Positions 29,531 to 40,836 of a stretch of DNA of 64,000 nucleotides are shown here, piece by piece; the stretch's first letter is position 1, and every line of letters begins with the position of its first letter. The DNA lies in sequence record OK905446.1; one strand, written 5' to 3'. Below the pieces are notes generated by a model, which saw only the letters and a program-made list of their open reading frames with translations, searched no databases and had not been told where the DNA came from. The position numbers and the translations under genes are program-made.

Positions 29531-31758
29531 GTGTATGCAGTGATGTACGGTTGAGTTACGTCAACTGCTTGTGCTACCTGACCGTGGTTGACTTTGATTG
29601 GCTCTTCTTTGTAGTAAGCCAGAGGAACGGTGTTCTCTGGGTCACCTAGACAGCCATTCAAGTTAATATCACCACCCGCTGTTGCTGAACGCGCAACTAA
29701 GCTATATTGCTCAGTCGTGTTACCGATGTCGCGCTCTGCTTCATTGTTGTAGTTGGGGTTTGTAGTACTTATCAGTTCTGGGATGTTAGCTTTAGTCAGC
29801 GTAACACCAATTGAACCACCAGTACCACCCGCTTGAACAATGTTTTCGTTGTTATTGTTTCGATGGAATTTACCGTCATCATTCGGGTTCCAGCCAACGA
29901 TTGTACGACCGGGACCGTAACGAACCCAAGTACCAAATCCCATGTAATCGGCTGGGTTATTCGGGTTGTTTGCATTCGTGTAAACTGAACCAATCGGGAA
30001 GATACTTTCAAACAATGAAATCAACGTACCACCCGGTGCGAATGTTTCAGGGTCTGGTAGTACTTCAGTAACTGCCGCACTTGGGTTTAGTGGGTCAGTG
30101 TACAGAATTTTGTTGAAGCGTCGAACGTCTGCCCAGTCGTCACGAGATACGAAGATCTCACGAGTTCTTTCTTGCAGGTTATCGTCGCCTTCATCCCATG
30201 AAAGAAGCGTACCGATTACGTTATCGTACCAACGAACTGTCACGATGTCGCTATCGCTTAGTGCTTCAGCAAAAACTAGCGTATTCCAGCGACCTTGAGC
30301 ATCTTGAATGTAGTCGAAATCGTAATCGCCGCCACTTTGACTATCACCGTTACCGGCTGTGTTGGCACGTGTCAACTGAGTACCGTTCACAAGAACTTCT
30401 AGCGTTTCTGTGTTGAATTGTGTATACTCTGGGAAACCGAAGTCTACTAGCTCAACTGTCATATCAGGAACAAATTCTTTCTTGACAATAGCACCCGGTG
30501 ACTCTTCGACCCCATAGTTGTTTTCGTCAATTAGTCTAATCGACTTCAAAACATAGCTGCTACGGAAACTCGATACGTCACTCAAGTAAGTAACCATTGC
30601 AATCGGGTCGTTTTCGTTGGCAGGTAGACGCAAGCGAATAGTTCTGCCGTCTAACGGTGCCAAATCATCGTTTGTCAATTGTTTCCAACGACTATCAACT
30701 GTCAGGTCTGTATAGCCCGCTGCTGAAGTATGGGAAATCAAACATTCAAACGTTTGAGAGAACCCGCCATGATCTTGAGTTACAATATCACCAACTGAAT
30801 ATGCGGTTGAGCCAGCGTGGTCTACGTAATCTGGGAAATCTGCAAATTCAGCCCAGTTGTTCTCTTGCCATGTACCAATGCTGTTATGCTCGACAATACA
30901 TTGCCACACACGGTCGTCGCGACCTGTAACTGCATCACCTCGAACTAAATCACCTACATAGTACGTTTCAGGGTTATTAGCAACCCATGCATCAACTGTA
31001 TGTAACGGTACTGAACCGTAGTCGCTGAAGTCGTTTAAATCTGTACCGAAGTACAGCAAGTTACCACGACGATAAACTTCAACCGCTGCTTGGTTGTATA
31101 TACCACCGTTTAGCTCAAGTGACATGTTAAAGTCACGCTGATCTTGACGTGAAATCAATGCACGACGCAAAACACTAGGAACATCACCAAATGTCAAACC
31201 GTTTACGTATTTCTGAGCAACGTATTCCCAGTGGCGTGGTGGCGTGAAAACTAGTTCTAAGTCTTGGTATGCATTGCTGAATTCAGCACCTGAACCCAAT
31301 TCGTTTTGTGCTGCGCCTGCTACACGTTTAATCGAGTCTTTAGGGTCCGGGTAGATTGTTACAAGCTGTTTATCCCATGTCCCTTTAACGTCACGAACTC
31401 GAATAGCTTTGCCGTAGTCTGCTTCTTCTACACCTGCTGGTAGATATACGTTCACTGAACCAAGAGACGTGTCGACCGTCCATGACTCACCGAAGCTTGC
31501 ATATAGCTCAGGACCCTGACCATCGCCGTTCTCGTCGAAATACAGTTCAGCGTTAGCAGGGTTGTACGATGAATCACCGTTCAGATATGTAGAAGCAAAT
31601 TTCCAAGTGCGCCAAGCACCGGCAGCATATAGTCTGCTACCGTCGCCTAAATGACTGTATATTTCGTCGAAATTGTCGCGAGTCTTGATGCCACCTTGTC
31701 GTAGGTAATCACCAGTACCGTCGTCAACAATTTGCCCGACGTTGATCGTCTGTTTCAT
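29512..31758 (-). CDS. gp10: baseplate wedge subunit/tail pin
   Basis: MKQTINVGQIVDDGTGDYLRQGG, FPIGSVYTNANNPNNPADYMGFGTW, VTQPYITAYTWLRTA. Confidence 0.93.
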   Translation of the reverse strand: MKQTINVGQIVDDGTGDYLRQGGIKTRDNFDEIYSHLGDGSRLYAAGAWRTWKFASTYLNGDSSYNPANAELYFDENGDGQGPELYASFGESWTVDTSLGSVNVYLPAGVEEADYGKAIRVRDVKGTWDKQLVTIYPDPKDSIKRVAGAAQNELGSGAEFSNAYQDLELVFTPPRHWEYVAQKYVNGLTFGDVPSVLRRALISRQDQRDFNMSLELNGGIYNQAAVEVYRRGNLLYFGTDLNDFSDYGSVPLHTVDAWVANNPETYYVGDLVRGDAVTGRDDRVWQCIVEHNSIGTWQENNWAEFADFPDYVDHAGSTAYSVGDIVTQDHGGFSQTFECLISHTSAAGYTDLTVDSRWKQLTNDDLAPLDGRTIRLRLPANENDPIAMVTYLSDVSSFRSSYVLKSIRLIDENNYGVEESPGAIVKKEFVPDMTVELVDFGFPEYTQFNTETLEVLVNGTQLTRANTAGNGDSQSGGDYDFDYIQDAQGRWNTLVFAEALSDSDIVTVRWYDNVIGTLLSWDEGDDNLQERTREIFVSRDDWADVRRFNKILYTDPLNPSAAVTEVLPDPETFAPGGTLISLFESIFPIGSVYTNANNPNNPADYMGFGTWVRYGPGRTIVGWNPNDDGKFHRNNNNENIVQAGGTGGSIGVTLTKANIPELISTTNPNYNNEAERDIGNTTEQYSLVARSATAGGDINLNGCLGDPENTVPLAYYKEEPIKVNHGQVAQAVDVTQPYITAYTWLRTA

Positions 31759-31767
31759 TATTGTCCC

Positions 31768-32736
31768 TTACGATAGTCTGATTGTTTCGATAGATTTGAT
31801 AGCAATTGAAACGTTGTCATCATTAGAAGTGATGTCAAGTACAATAACACCATTGTCAACTCTAGGCTCAATCAGAATCAAGTTACCAAAATCTTTGTCT
31901 GTATTGATTACTGAGTATTCATCAATATAAACGTCTGTTACATTATTTAGCAGCAACAATTCCGAAGACATACGACGAGTAACCGCACCGCCTTGTAGTG
32001 GGTCGCTGTTCTCTGCATATACCATCAATTTACATGCTGCATATGATAGTACGTCAAAGAGCGGCATTGTAACTGTCACTGTATCTGGGATTGAGTAAAT
32101 CGTGTCGTTTACTGGCGCGCCAAAGTCACCTACTAGTGGGTTGATCTTGATACCCCATTGTGGCGTCCCTGCTAGACCTGTACCATCGTCGATTACTGTA
32201 CAAACAATATGACAGCGATTCGTACGAACGATTTGTGTGCCGTTTAGCTCAGAAGCACCTACGATAGCATCACCCGCCGATGGTGAAATTACAATCGGGT
32301 TTGTATCTAGCGTCGCAGTAGTGTTTTGAAATTCAATTCGCTCACCGCGTTTTGCCATACCCGCAGTCGTTCCGATTTTAGGCAAGTTCAGCGTCATTGA
32401 TGCACCGCCACCTAGTGCTGATGTATCAATGTCGTATTTCCCGCCTGTCACGATAGAAGTAAGCAAGTTTGTGTTGTTCGGTCCACCAGAACCACCCGCG
32501 GTTGAACTTGGAGGAATTCTGTTCCAATACCCACCTGCATGTGGTCGAGGTGCGTTGTCGTTGTATGCAGGGATATAGTTTTCACCTGCTTCAGTCAATT
32601 CAAAGTCTGAATTGATGTGGTAGAACTCGTCTGAGTTATCACGCAGCTTGTTACCACCGTTGTGAATTGTATCACCAGTACCAACCGAACCCGCAGTACC
32701 AGTTTCTAATCTTTGTCGTCCCATCTTAATCTCCAA
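31768..32736 (-). CDS. gp9: baseplate wedge long-tail-fibre connector
   Basis: GSVGTGDTIHNGGNKL N-terminus; C-terminal IAIKSIETIR. Confidence 0.88.
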   Translation of the reverse strand: MEIKMGRQRLETGTAGSVGTGDTIHNGGNKLRDNSDEFYHINSDFELTEAGENYIPAYNDNAPRPHAGGYWNRIPPSSTAGGSGGPNNTNLLTSIVTGGKYDIDTSALGGGASMTLNLPKIGTTAGMAKRGERIEFQNTTATLDTNPIVISPSAGDAIVGASELNGTQIVRTNRCHIVCTVIDDGTGLAGTPQWGIKINPLVGDFGAPVNDTIYSIPDTVTVTMPLFDVLSYAACKLMVYAENSDPLQGGAVTRRMSSELLLLNNVTDVYIDEYSVINTDKDFGNLILIEPRVDNGVIVLDITSNDDNVSIAIKSIETIRLS

Positions 32737-32780
32737 GAAAGGCGCGATCTTCGCGCCTAATGAGTTATTTACTGTATTTA

Positions 32781-33812
32781 TTAGAAGTTGTAGATCAAGT
32801 TGAACTCTTCTACTTGGTCGAGCGTCTTACGAATCGGCTGTCGGTTTTCCATATAGATTACCTGACCAGTGCCGGCTTGAATCTGATATGGGTCATAGCG
32901 TGTTTCAGTCGCTTTCGTGTCTTCAGTCGCACCTTCTTCTCGAACTAGTAACGGGTTTTGAACTATCGAAATTTGACGATAGCCCTGATTCCCGGGTCCG
33001 AACAAGTGAATGAAGTCAGAACCTGCTAGTTTAGCTCTGAATCGAAGCTGAACTGCACCGACACTGAAAATCGTCTCGTCGTAGTTCTCGTTGAAAACGA
33101 TGTTCTGATCAAGACCCCAAGCCACGCGATTTTCAATGATGTCTTCTGGGAACGGACATACGATGTATTCTTGCGTTACGTTCGTCAGAACTTCGTTCGG
33201 CGGAATCGTGTACAAGTATTCCCAAATGTAGCCATCACCTGTTTCAATCGCGTTGCCTGTACCGTGAGGGATGTTCTCTTGGTTGCCAGGTGATGAAGGC
33301 GCTAGCCATTCCCCGCCAACCGCCACACAGTCGTCTTTGTTTGTCACTGTTGCAATCGAACATGTACCGCGAATGTTAGTGTTATTCGGGTCTGTTTCAG
33401 GGATGTCAATGCAGCGATAAACCATGTAACCGTTCAACGCGCTCGGGTGACTGTTGACAGACATTGTGTTAACTGTTACGATGTCCCCGAACGTAAAACG
33501 AAGCGAGTTATTCAAATCAGGGTCGCCCCAATCCTTACGAGGGATTACAGGGCGAAGCTGTGCTTTTGGTATCTTGATCAGACCTAGCGCACGAGCCCAA
33601 ACGTCAGCTTTACCGTCTGGGCTATCGTTAGGATAAGGTGGCGCGAAGTTTATTTCATCTTCGCGATCTGACCATGGTTCATTACGACCGAACATAAGGT
33701 AAATTGTGTTCTTGTCGTCTTCATCACCTACGTTTTCGTAGAAGTTCATCAAGTTATTAACTCGATATTCTGTTGTGATTGTTGATCTGTAAATTTTTGC
33801 CACTTTATTCAC
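32781..33812 (-). CDS. gp8: baseplate wedge subunit
   Basis: IYRSTITTEYRVNNLMNF, FAPPYPND, VIPRKDWGD, GDGYIWEYLYTIP. Confidence 0.93.
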   Translation of the reverse strand: MNKVAKIYRSTITTEYRVNNLMNFYENVGDEDDKNTIYLMFGRNEPWSDREDEINFAPPYPNDSPDGKADVWARALGLIKIPKAQLRPVIPRKDWGDPDLNNSLRFTFGDIVTVNTMSVNSHPSALNGYMVYRCIDIPETDPNNTNIRGTCSIATVTNKDDCVAVGGEWLAPSSPGNQENIPHGTGNAIETGDGYIWEYLYTIPPNEVLTNVTQEYIVCPFPEDIIENRVAWGLDQNIVFNENYDETIFSVGAVQLRFRAKLAGSDFIHLFGPGNQGYRQISIVQNPLLVREEGATEDTKATETRYDPYQIQAGTGQVIYMENRQPIRKTLDQVEEFNLIYNF

Positions 33813-36800
33813 CTATTTGTTTTTGAGTCGGCGTTTCTGGGTCATATGGGTTACCAACATTGTCTTTCAGTCTGTACTCAACATCTTCGTACATATCTGA
33901 AATACTCATTGCGGCAGTTGACCAGTCAAACATGAATGCTGGCGCACGTTCGTATGGAGTCATGCTCCATTGAATTGAGCCGTTCGCATCTGCCGGTTGA
34001 ACTTTCGCAGTTGGGTTGTAATCTGGGTTAAGCACGCGCTGTTTCCCTCCCCAAATGTCGTTAATATCACCCGTGTCTGTCTCTATATATCGTTGCTCGT
34101 CAATCACAACTGATTCATCAAGTGCAATCACTCGCTCGTTGCTCCAGTAATCGTTGTATTCGGTTACTGTGACCCCTTGCGTGTTGTTGATTCTGTCGTG
34201 AATTACGTGATCAAGCGGGTCTTCAAGTGCTAACGGGTGTGGTTTCAATTGAAGCTCACCAAACGAGTTATACACACGCTCATCACTGAAATTCAGCAAT
34301 GATGTTTCTTCAGTGAAATTCAAACCAATGCCGTTGTCGTAACGAACTAATCTGAACGAATCCACGATTGTTTCATGGTGTTCAACTGAGATACCATGAT
34401 TGATCAGAACTGTTAGCAACGTGATTCCCAAGAAGCCGAAGCCGATTGGGTGTACAAAACGGATTACGTCGTCTTTGTATTGGCTTAATTGCAATTCAGA
34501 ACGCAATTTCATGACGTAGTAAGTTTTGCTTCGATCTAGGAACTCATTTGAGTCATAGTCGATTCGCTCACCTTGTACGCGAGTAATTGCAGTAGCTGCA
34601 AACTCGATTCCGTCAATAGACAATGCATCACCGATATTAAGCTCACCGATTAGGTTGTTCAGGGTCAATTTCCAGTAACGCTTACCCTCAATGTAGTAAC
34701 GGTCGATGTATGTCACGTCTGCGTTACCCGTTTCTGAGTATATACGTCGACCAACAATATCATCTGTTACATCATTAGAGTTTACAACAATCGCGTATTC
34801 GAATGTGTTTAGAGATTCAATTTCAATCTCAACACTTTCATTGTACAGCAACTTAAACAAGAATTTGTACGAATCAAGAATACCCTTCGTGCTGTAGAAG
34901 TCTGCGCGTCTTGCTAAGAAGAACTTCACAACTGCATCACGTTTTTCAGGCTCTAAAATTCGATTACGCTCGTATACTAGCTTGTGAAGATACTCAGTGT
35001 AATGATCATCAAGCGGGTTTTTGCTGTTTAGCAAGTTGTATACGTTGTTGTATGCTGTTCCGTCGCCTTTACTGATGAAATCTAAGTAGTGCTTCGCGAA
35101 ACTCTTGTAGAATCCGTCTGCATCTAAGTAGTTTTCTGGCATCATTTTGTAAACCAATGGCGTCAACGTTGGATCTAACATAGTTGTTGGGTCTTCTGCT
35201 GGCGGCTCAATGATAACAGGCGTATAGTTAGAAAGACTTGCCGTGATTACGCGACGTTCAGGCGACCAACGAATCGGCGCTGTGATGTCTACGCGATACG
35301 GGAATCTGTAGTACCCAACCACTTTGTTGTCGTTCTTGGTGTGAATAATCGCACCTGCTGAATAGCCGTTAAATCCGAAAATAGTCAGATTCGGCGCTTC
35401 GAACATGTATTCGCCTTCGTTGAATGTTTCTTTCCAACGAACTGATTCAAGATCTGAAAAATCATGACGGAAGATTGACTCTTTCTTGTAGTACATGATT
35501 TCGTTTGCCCACGATTTCCAGTCGCGTGTTTCTGCACGCTGCATCCAGTTAAAATGCGCTGCACCGTAGTAATCTTGTGGTTTATAATCCCACGTGTCGC
35601 CGTCTTTTGTTGCAATGATTTGAGTCATTGGCTTAACGTAAGTCGTGAAGAACGGCTTAGTGAACATGCGAACCGCTTCGTCAACTTCGTCGTTGTCTGC
35701 AACTAAGTACGGGTCGTCGATTGTGCCGTAACGATCACCCGGCTGTGAGTGATAGTTACCCGGTGCACCGCTTGACTCTTGACGATTGTCATAAGCAGGG
35801 TTGCCTTCTTCACCATAGTTCCTAGTCAAATCGTGACCTACGATTAAGTGAGTATTGTCGCGAGAAATAACCGAACGTTCATTCAATAGTTCTCGTTCTT
35901 CTGGAATGTTTCCGTATACACGTTCCCACTCTAAGTTCTCATACCCAATTACAATCGCGCCGTTCATAATAGCAACACGATTTAGACGATATACGCCACG
36001 AATTTCATTCGGGTCTGATGTGCCGATTCTCTTGCCATTTCCGTCGTGTTCCCACTCGCCAATGACTAGGGCGTACATGTTTCCATCCTGATAGTCGATG
36101 CCTTGTTCTGGGTCATCGAAGTACTGAATTTTCTTAACACACACGTCAGCGGTGTTTTCATCAAATGCAGGACGGCTAACATCGTTCAATACAATTGGTT
36201 CAGCAAAATACACTGGCTCGTTGTCTACAATACCCGTCGTTTCAAATATACGCTCACCGTAAAGATCAGATAGAACTTCATCGAATATTCGAGGGATTCT
36301 ATTGTTATGCCACACATATGTGTTGCCATGAGTAACAACCGTCATTACGTCATCAACGCCAAATGCATCTGCTTTGTGACGAACTTGTGGTGGTAGAATC
36401 GCAAGATCTTTGAAACGCTCAACGTCAAATCCGAAGCCTAGATCGAAGTCTAGCTTATCGAACGTCAAGTCAACCGAGGCATGACTGTATTCCGTACCGT
36501 TATCGTGCGAGTAATCAACGTCAGTAGACGCAACGCCTTGAATAAGGTAATCATACCCTAGCAAGTAACTGAACGTGTTAGACTGCTTACAGATACAATC
36601 ATACACTGGGCTACCAAGACGTGAGTTTGTTGCTCTGTATGTCTGCCAAGTCTGACCGCCGTCATTCGATACTTTACAAACTTCCTGCCAACGCTCGAAT
36701 GCATAAATCACGTCATCAATAACTGATGGGATTACGCGACTGTTACTCTGACACACAGACGGCACTTTCCCGTAGTTCGCACTGAACCCTGGATTGGTTA

Positions 36801-37302
36801 CAAACCAATATGCGGCTGAATCTGCGTTGAACATGTTAGGGTCAAATTCAAACCCTGGTCGTACTAAGGTTGCTTGAAGCTGGTTACGGCTGTTAAGATA
36901 CTGGTCGTTGTCATTATTCAAACGCGCTTCTATGAATGAAGACGCAGGTGTGAATTCAGACTGAGTGGTTATATCGTAATCATTCGTTTCTGATGTGTAA
37001 CCAACGTCAGATTCAATCCATTCGCTTGGCTCAAACCCTTTGTATACTGAGCGAACGCGCCATTGATAGTAACGCACAGATTCGTTGATGTCAGTGAATA
37101 GTCGTGTTTCAGCCGTAAACGGGTTTGGGTATAGCGGTTGATATGACTGAGACGGCAAGAATGAGACATTGACCGCTGAACGAACATGAATTTCGTAGCG
37201 GAAGTTTTCACCCACGGTCGTCCACGAAAGTTCAGCATAGTTTCGCGTCAATTTGTCGATTGACACCTCCATAATCGGAGGTGCCTGTAAAATATTTGCC
37301 AT
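33805..37302 (-). CDS. gp7: baseplate wedge initiator
   Basis: 1165 aa; DFYSTKGILDSYKFLFKLLYNESVEI, DVIRFVHPIGFGF. Confidence 0.92.
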   Translation of the reverse strand: MANILQAPPIMEVSIDKLTRNYAELSWTTVGENFRYEIHVRSAVNVSFLPSQSYQPLYPNPFTAETRLFTDINESVRYYQWRVRSVYKGFEPSEWIESDVGYTSETNDYDITTQSEFTPASSFIEARLNNDNDQYLNSRNQLQATLVRPGFEFDPNMFNADSAAYWFVTNPGFSANYGKVPSVCQSNSRVIPSVIDDVIYAFERWQEVCKVSNDGGQTWQTYRATNSRLGSPVYDCICKQSNTFSYLLGYDYLIQGVASTDVDYSHDNGTEYSHASVDLTFDKLDFDLGFGFDVERFKDLAILPPQVRHKADAFGVDDVMTVVTHGNTYVWHNNRIPRIFDEVLSDLYGERIFETTGIVDNEPVYFAEPIVLNDVSRPAFDENTADVCVKKIQYFDDPEQGIDYQDGNMYALVIGEWEHDGNGKRIGTSDPNEIRGVYRLNRVAIMNGAIVIGYENLEWERVYGNIPEERELLNERSVISRDNTHLIVGHDLTRNYGEEGNPAYDNRQESSGAPGNYHSQPGDRYGTIDDPYLVADNDEVDEAVRMFTKPFFTTYVKPMTQIIATKDGDTWDYKPQDYYGAAHFNWMQRAETRDWKSWANEIMYYKKESIFRHDFSDLESVRWKETFNEGEYMFEAPNLTIFGFNGYSAGAIIHTKNDNKVVGYYRFPYRVDITAPIRWSPERRVITASLSNYTPVIIEPPAEDPTTMLDPTLTPLVYKMMPENYLDADGFYKSFAKHYLDFISKGDGTAYNNVYNLLNSKNPLDDHYTEYLHKLVYERNRILEPEKRDAVVKFFLARRADFYSTKGILDSYKFLFKLLYNESVEIEIESLNTFEYAIVVNSNDVTDDIVGRRIYSETGNADVTYIDRYYIEGKRYWKLTLNNLIGELNIGDALSIDGIEFAATAITRVQGERIDYDSNEFLDRSKTYYVMKLRSELQLSQYKDDVIRFVHPIGFGFLGITLLTVLINHGISVEHHETIVDSFRLVRYDNGIGLNFTEETSLLNFSDERVYNSFGELQLKPHPLALEDPLDHVIHDRINNTQGVTVTEYNDYWSNERVIALDESVVIDEQRYIETDTGDINDIWGGKQRVLNPDYNPTAKVQPADANGSIQWSMTPYERAPAFMFDWSTAAMSISDMYEDVEYRLKDNVGNPYDPETPTQKQIGE

Positions 37303-39260
37303 TAAGAAATACCCTCTAGAACGATGTCAGTGTATTGAGGACGTAGCTCGTTCTCATATACAATCAAGCTACCGTCGTCTGTGTATATATTCGCACGTGT
37401 TGGCGTTGATGAAAGAATCAAATTACCAGTGACATCCCAATCTGCTGAGTTGATGCCTAAGTTGATGAAGTCATAGTCCATCAAGCCCGATGCATAGTTG
37501 ATTGTACCAACACGGTAGTATAAACTACGGCTGCCGATGATCTCACGATCAAAGTCGTTTGCAGTATATGCACCAGTCGGTAGACCAGTTTCAGGGTCAA
37601 TAGGTGCTGTAATATCACCTGCCGCAAATGGACCCAGAAGAACAGTACCGATGTCTTCTTGAGTCGGCGCAGTACGCGCTTCTGTAGTTCGAATCTGAAC
37701 CGTATAACCTTTCGGTGTGAATGTGATGTCTTCTGATTTCACCGAAGCTGGTGTAATCGGGTTCAAGAAACTGTAACCACTCATCGGCGTCTGTGCAAAG
37801 TTAGTCAATTCACGAATCAAGCTGATGTCACAGCGTGAACCTAGGATTGATGCGTGCGCGTCATCAACGTAGCTCAACATCTTCGAAACGTGAAACGATG
37901 CGTTGAAAATTTCAACTTCGTTGTAGTAGTAATCAGAAATCGCGTTGATGATCTGAGCTTTCAGATAGTCCGCACCCTCTGCTAGAGATCCAGTACGATA
38001 GTTAACACGTAGATTGTGTTTAACGTACAAGTATTCTGGGTCAACTACTTTAGGCGTTACCGTGACAATGTTGAATTCTTTCAGATATTCTTCAATGTCG
38101 TTTCGTGCGACTTGCGGTAGTGTCAAACCTAGCTTTGGCTTGATTGAAATGAACACATACCCAGGTTTGTCTGAACTACCGAATGCCTGAACTGCTTGCA
38201 CGATATTACCGAACTTCTGAGAAACGAAAGTTTCATAGTCAAGCTTAGTAACACAGCGTCGTTGCGATTCACGGAAAATCGGTGCTAGTTCGCGAATACG
38301 CTCTGTGCCTTCAGCGTAACCGCCGCCGATTGAACCAACGAAGTTTTCATCGTCATTTGGGTTGTCGTCGATGTTCTTATCATCTAACTGGAAGTTAGGG
38401 ATGTCATCTGCCCATGTGAAACGTTGTGAGCCGTTAGCTACTGGTCCCGATGTCTTGACGTATTGAACACGAATACGCTGACCTTCGATTGGGCGTAGAC
38501 CACCGATATAACCCGGGTTGTATGCGCCTGCGTTTTCAGTAAAGTCAGTCAATTCACCTTCACCGAAATACACTTCAGTGTAGCCGTCTACTGTTTCGCG
38601 CAAGTAGAACACATTCGAACCACCTGTCACGTTTACAATTGATTTGTCTGTCCAGTTTGTCCATTCTGCGTTATCTACGAACACACGCACGTAGTTGCGA
38701 TCTAAATCTGGGTCTTTAATCGTAATCGCTTCTGTTTCGCTGAAAAGCGTCTCATAACGACCTAACGTGCCTTGAACTAAGTCAATCTGATCTTGATATA
38801 CAAGCGGACTAGCTGGGTTTAGTGGGTCTTGCTTCGCACCGATCAAGATGTGAGGTTCCCACACGATGTAGCTGTAGTAATAAACGCCGTCAACGTCAGC
38901 ACTAAATCGAGTACCCGTACCTAGAGTAATCTCAACTGGGTTTTCAGCGTGATACGCTTTGATTCCGATTGTGTGCGTTGCTGCCGAAAGAGAGCTTGGT
39001 GCATAACCCATATCTTGCGCGTGCTGAACCACACTGCTATGTTTTTGTGCAGTGCGAATAAATCCCTCGAATAGTGCTGCATTCGAGTAGTGCTGAAGAT
39101 ACATTGTATTGTATGCAAGCAAATCTGTTAGTACGTTCAGACGACTTCCTTTGAAATCGTAATCCTTGAACTCGTCTTGACCTTTCAAATACTGAATAAG
39201 GTCTTGTTTGATTGTTTCAAACGAGCCAGAACTAACAGGTAAATTCGAGTTAGTTGCCAT
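37302..39260 (-). CDS. gp6: baseplate wedge subunit
   Basis: FKDYDFKGSRLNVLTDLLAYNT, RESQRRCVTKLDYETFV. Confidence 0.95.
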   Translation of the reverse strand: MATNSNLPVSSGSFETIKQDLIQYLKGQDEFKDYDFKGSRLNVLTDLLAYNTMYLQHYSNAALFEGFIRTAQKHSSVVQHAQDMGYAPSSLSAATHTIGIKAYHAENPVEITLGTGTRFSADVDGVYYYSYIVWEPHILIGAKQDPLNPASPLVYQDQIDLVQGTLGRYETLFSETEAITIKDPDLDRNYVRVFVDNAEWTNWTDKSIVNVTGGSNVFYLRETVDGYTEVYFGEGELTDFTENAGAYNPGYIGGLRPIEGQRIRVQYVKTSGPVANGSQRFTWADDIPNFQLDDKNIDDNPNDDENFVGSIGGGYAEGTERIRELAPIFRESQRRCVTKLDYETFVSQKFGNIVQAVQAFGSSDKPGYVFISIKPKLGLTLPQVARNDIEEYLKEFNIVTVTPKVVDPEYLYVKHNLRVNYRTGSLAEGADYLKAQIINAISDYYYNEVEIFNASFHVSKMLSYVDDAHASILGSRCDISLIRELTNFAQTPMSGYSFLNPITPASVKSEDITFTPKGYTVQIRTTEARTAPTQEDIGTVLLGPFAAGDITAPIDPETGLPTGAYTANDFDREIIGSRSLYYRVGTINYASGLMDYDFINLGINSADWDVTGNLILSSTPTRANIYTDDGSLIVYENELRPQYTDIVLEGIS

Positions 39261-39314
39261 GTTATTCCCCTGTTGGTAAAATTATGTAAATTTCGTTTCT
39301 TATATTTAATGCAC

Positions 39315-39340
39315 AAAAAAGCCCGCTCAATGGCGGGCTG
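39315..39340 (-). terminator. intrinsic terminator after gp25
   Basis: Minus strand AGCCCGC-cattga-GCGGGCTTTTTTTG. Confidence 0.8.
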
Positions 39341-39343
39341 ATG

Positions 39344-39763
39344 TTATAAACGATTCACTAGACTCGTTTTTAATGCAAACAATCGGTCGAAGTTCGTTCT
39401 TAAATGATACTGAACCACAATTTCATATGTGTTTCGGTCATAGAGCGGTAAGACCTCAATCTTTTGAATCACAACACGCGGCTCCCATTTTGAAATCGCG
39501 TTCTCAATACTGTATTTGATAGCAAACGCACTTGCAGGCGAAATATTCTCAAACAACTGATTGCTTATGTCACACCCAAACTCTGGGTTGAAAGGTCTTT
39601 CGCCTTTCTTTGTGCTCACAATCCCGATGATTGATTCTTGTATTGCCTTTAAGTCGTATGATGCGCTCAAGTCATTGTTAACAACACTCTTGCTGAAATT
39701 TGCTGGGATGTCGCTGTAGTAGTAACTCCCGGGCTTTAGAGTGTTCAACTCTGCAATTGCCAT
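39344..39763 (-). CDS. gp25: baseplate wedge subunit
   Basis: YSDIPANF, AIQESIIGIVSTKKGERPFNPEFGC, WEPRV. Confidence 0.95.
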   Translation of the reverse strand: MAIAELNTLKPGSYYYSDIPANFSKSVVNNDLSASYDLKAIQESIIGIVSTKKGERPFNPEFGCDISNQLFENISPASAFAIKYSIENAISKWEPRVVIQKIEVLPLYDRNTYEIVVQYHLRTNFDRLFALKTSLVNRL

Positions 39764-39785
39764 AGTTTTCTCCGAATTTTAAATT

Positions 39786-39793
39786 TATTTATA
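39786..39793 (-). promoter_or_regulatory. late promoter for gp25
   Basis: TATAAATA. Confidence 0.75.
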
Positions 39794-39801
39794 GAAAAGT
39801 G

Positions 39802-39915
39802 TTGACAGGGGTGTGCGTTTTGCCTATTATGTACTCCTCAGCGCAACGAAGCGCACAAACAAAATGAGAAATTTGTGAAAAACAACTTGACGAACTGAAG
39901 AACATAACGTATCAT
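39802..39915 (+). promoter_or_regulatory. tandem sigma70 promoters
   Basis: TTGACA-17-TATTAT (39802-39830) and TTGACG-17-TATCAT (39887-39915). Confidence 0.75.
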
Positions 39916-39947
39916 CTACTTCGTCAACTTAACTAAGAGAGCAAAAC

Positions 39948-40823
39948 ATGTTTAAAAATATCGCTAAACTCCTTTCAGTAGCAGCACTGGGCTTCGCACT
40001 AACTGGTTGTGGTACTCCTGCTGAAATCCCGACTGGCTTCGTTGGTAAGATTCAGACGAAAGACGGTTTCGACTTGAAACAAGAACCTCGTCAACCATCT
40101 AAGTTCCGTCTTGATTGGGCATGGCGCTACCCAGATCGTCTAGTACTTCTTGACGTATCTGACAGCTTCTACACCATGAAGTTCGACACGTTCATGCCAA
40201 AAGATGAACTGATGCTGAAGTACAACGTCGAAATGACGATGACAGTCGATCCGAAGAAATACAACTTCGTGTTTGCGAAAGTTCCGTTCAAATCGCAGAC
40301 TGATCAGCTAGGCGTGATTTCACAACAAGACGTGTTCTCTCGATATGCACGTGCTAAGTTAAACACGGTCATCCCGTCAATTCTTGCTGAATACAGCATT
40401 TCAGAAGTGGCATCGACTCGTGAAAAACTGAACACGTTCGTAATGCAACGTCTGAACCAAGAACTGTCAGATACTCCGTTCGTGCTTAAAGTCGTAGGTA
40501 TCACTGATGTTGTGTACCCACCAACAATCACTAAAGCACAAGAAGCATCGGCAGAGCGTCGTCAACAAGAAGACACTGTTAAAGCACAACGTAAGCTAGA
40601 CTTACTACAGATTTCAACACGTGAAGAAGTTTCAAAACGTGAGCGTGAAATCGAGCTTTACGAAGCTGAAACTAAAAAGCTAGTAGCTGACAAGCTGATG
40701 AACAACAACGTACGATTCCTTGAAGAGCAAAAAACTCTACGTGAGCTTGCGAAATCAAATAACAAAGTGTTCGTACCAACTGAAATGCTTGACAAAATCG
40801 CAGTACAAACTCCGATTAAGTAA
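39948..40823 (+). CDS. SPFH/band-7 (prohibitin-like) lipoprotein
   Basis: Signal peptide with lipobox LTGC; IPTGFVGKI, beta-rich domain then coiled coil, VVYPPTITKAQE. Confidence 0.8.
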   Translation: MFKNIAKLLSVAALGFALTGCGTPAEIPTGFVGKIQTKDGFDLKQEPRQPSKFRLDWAWRYPDRLVLLDVSDSFYTMKFDTFMPKDELMLKYNVEMTMTVDPKKYNFVFAKVPFKSQTDQLGVISQQDVFSRYARAKLNTVIPSILAEYSISEVASTREKLNTFVMQRLNQELSDTPFVLKVVGITDVVYPPTITKAQEASAERRQQEDTVKAQRKLDLLQISTREEVSKREREIELYEAETKKLVADKLMNNNVRFLEEQKTLRELAKSNNKVFVPTEMLDKIAVQTPIK

Positions 40824-40836
40824 TACAACAAACATT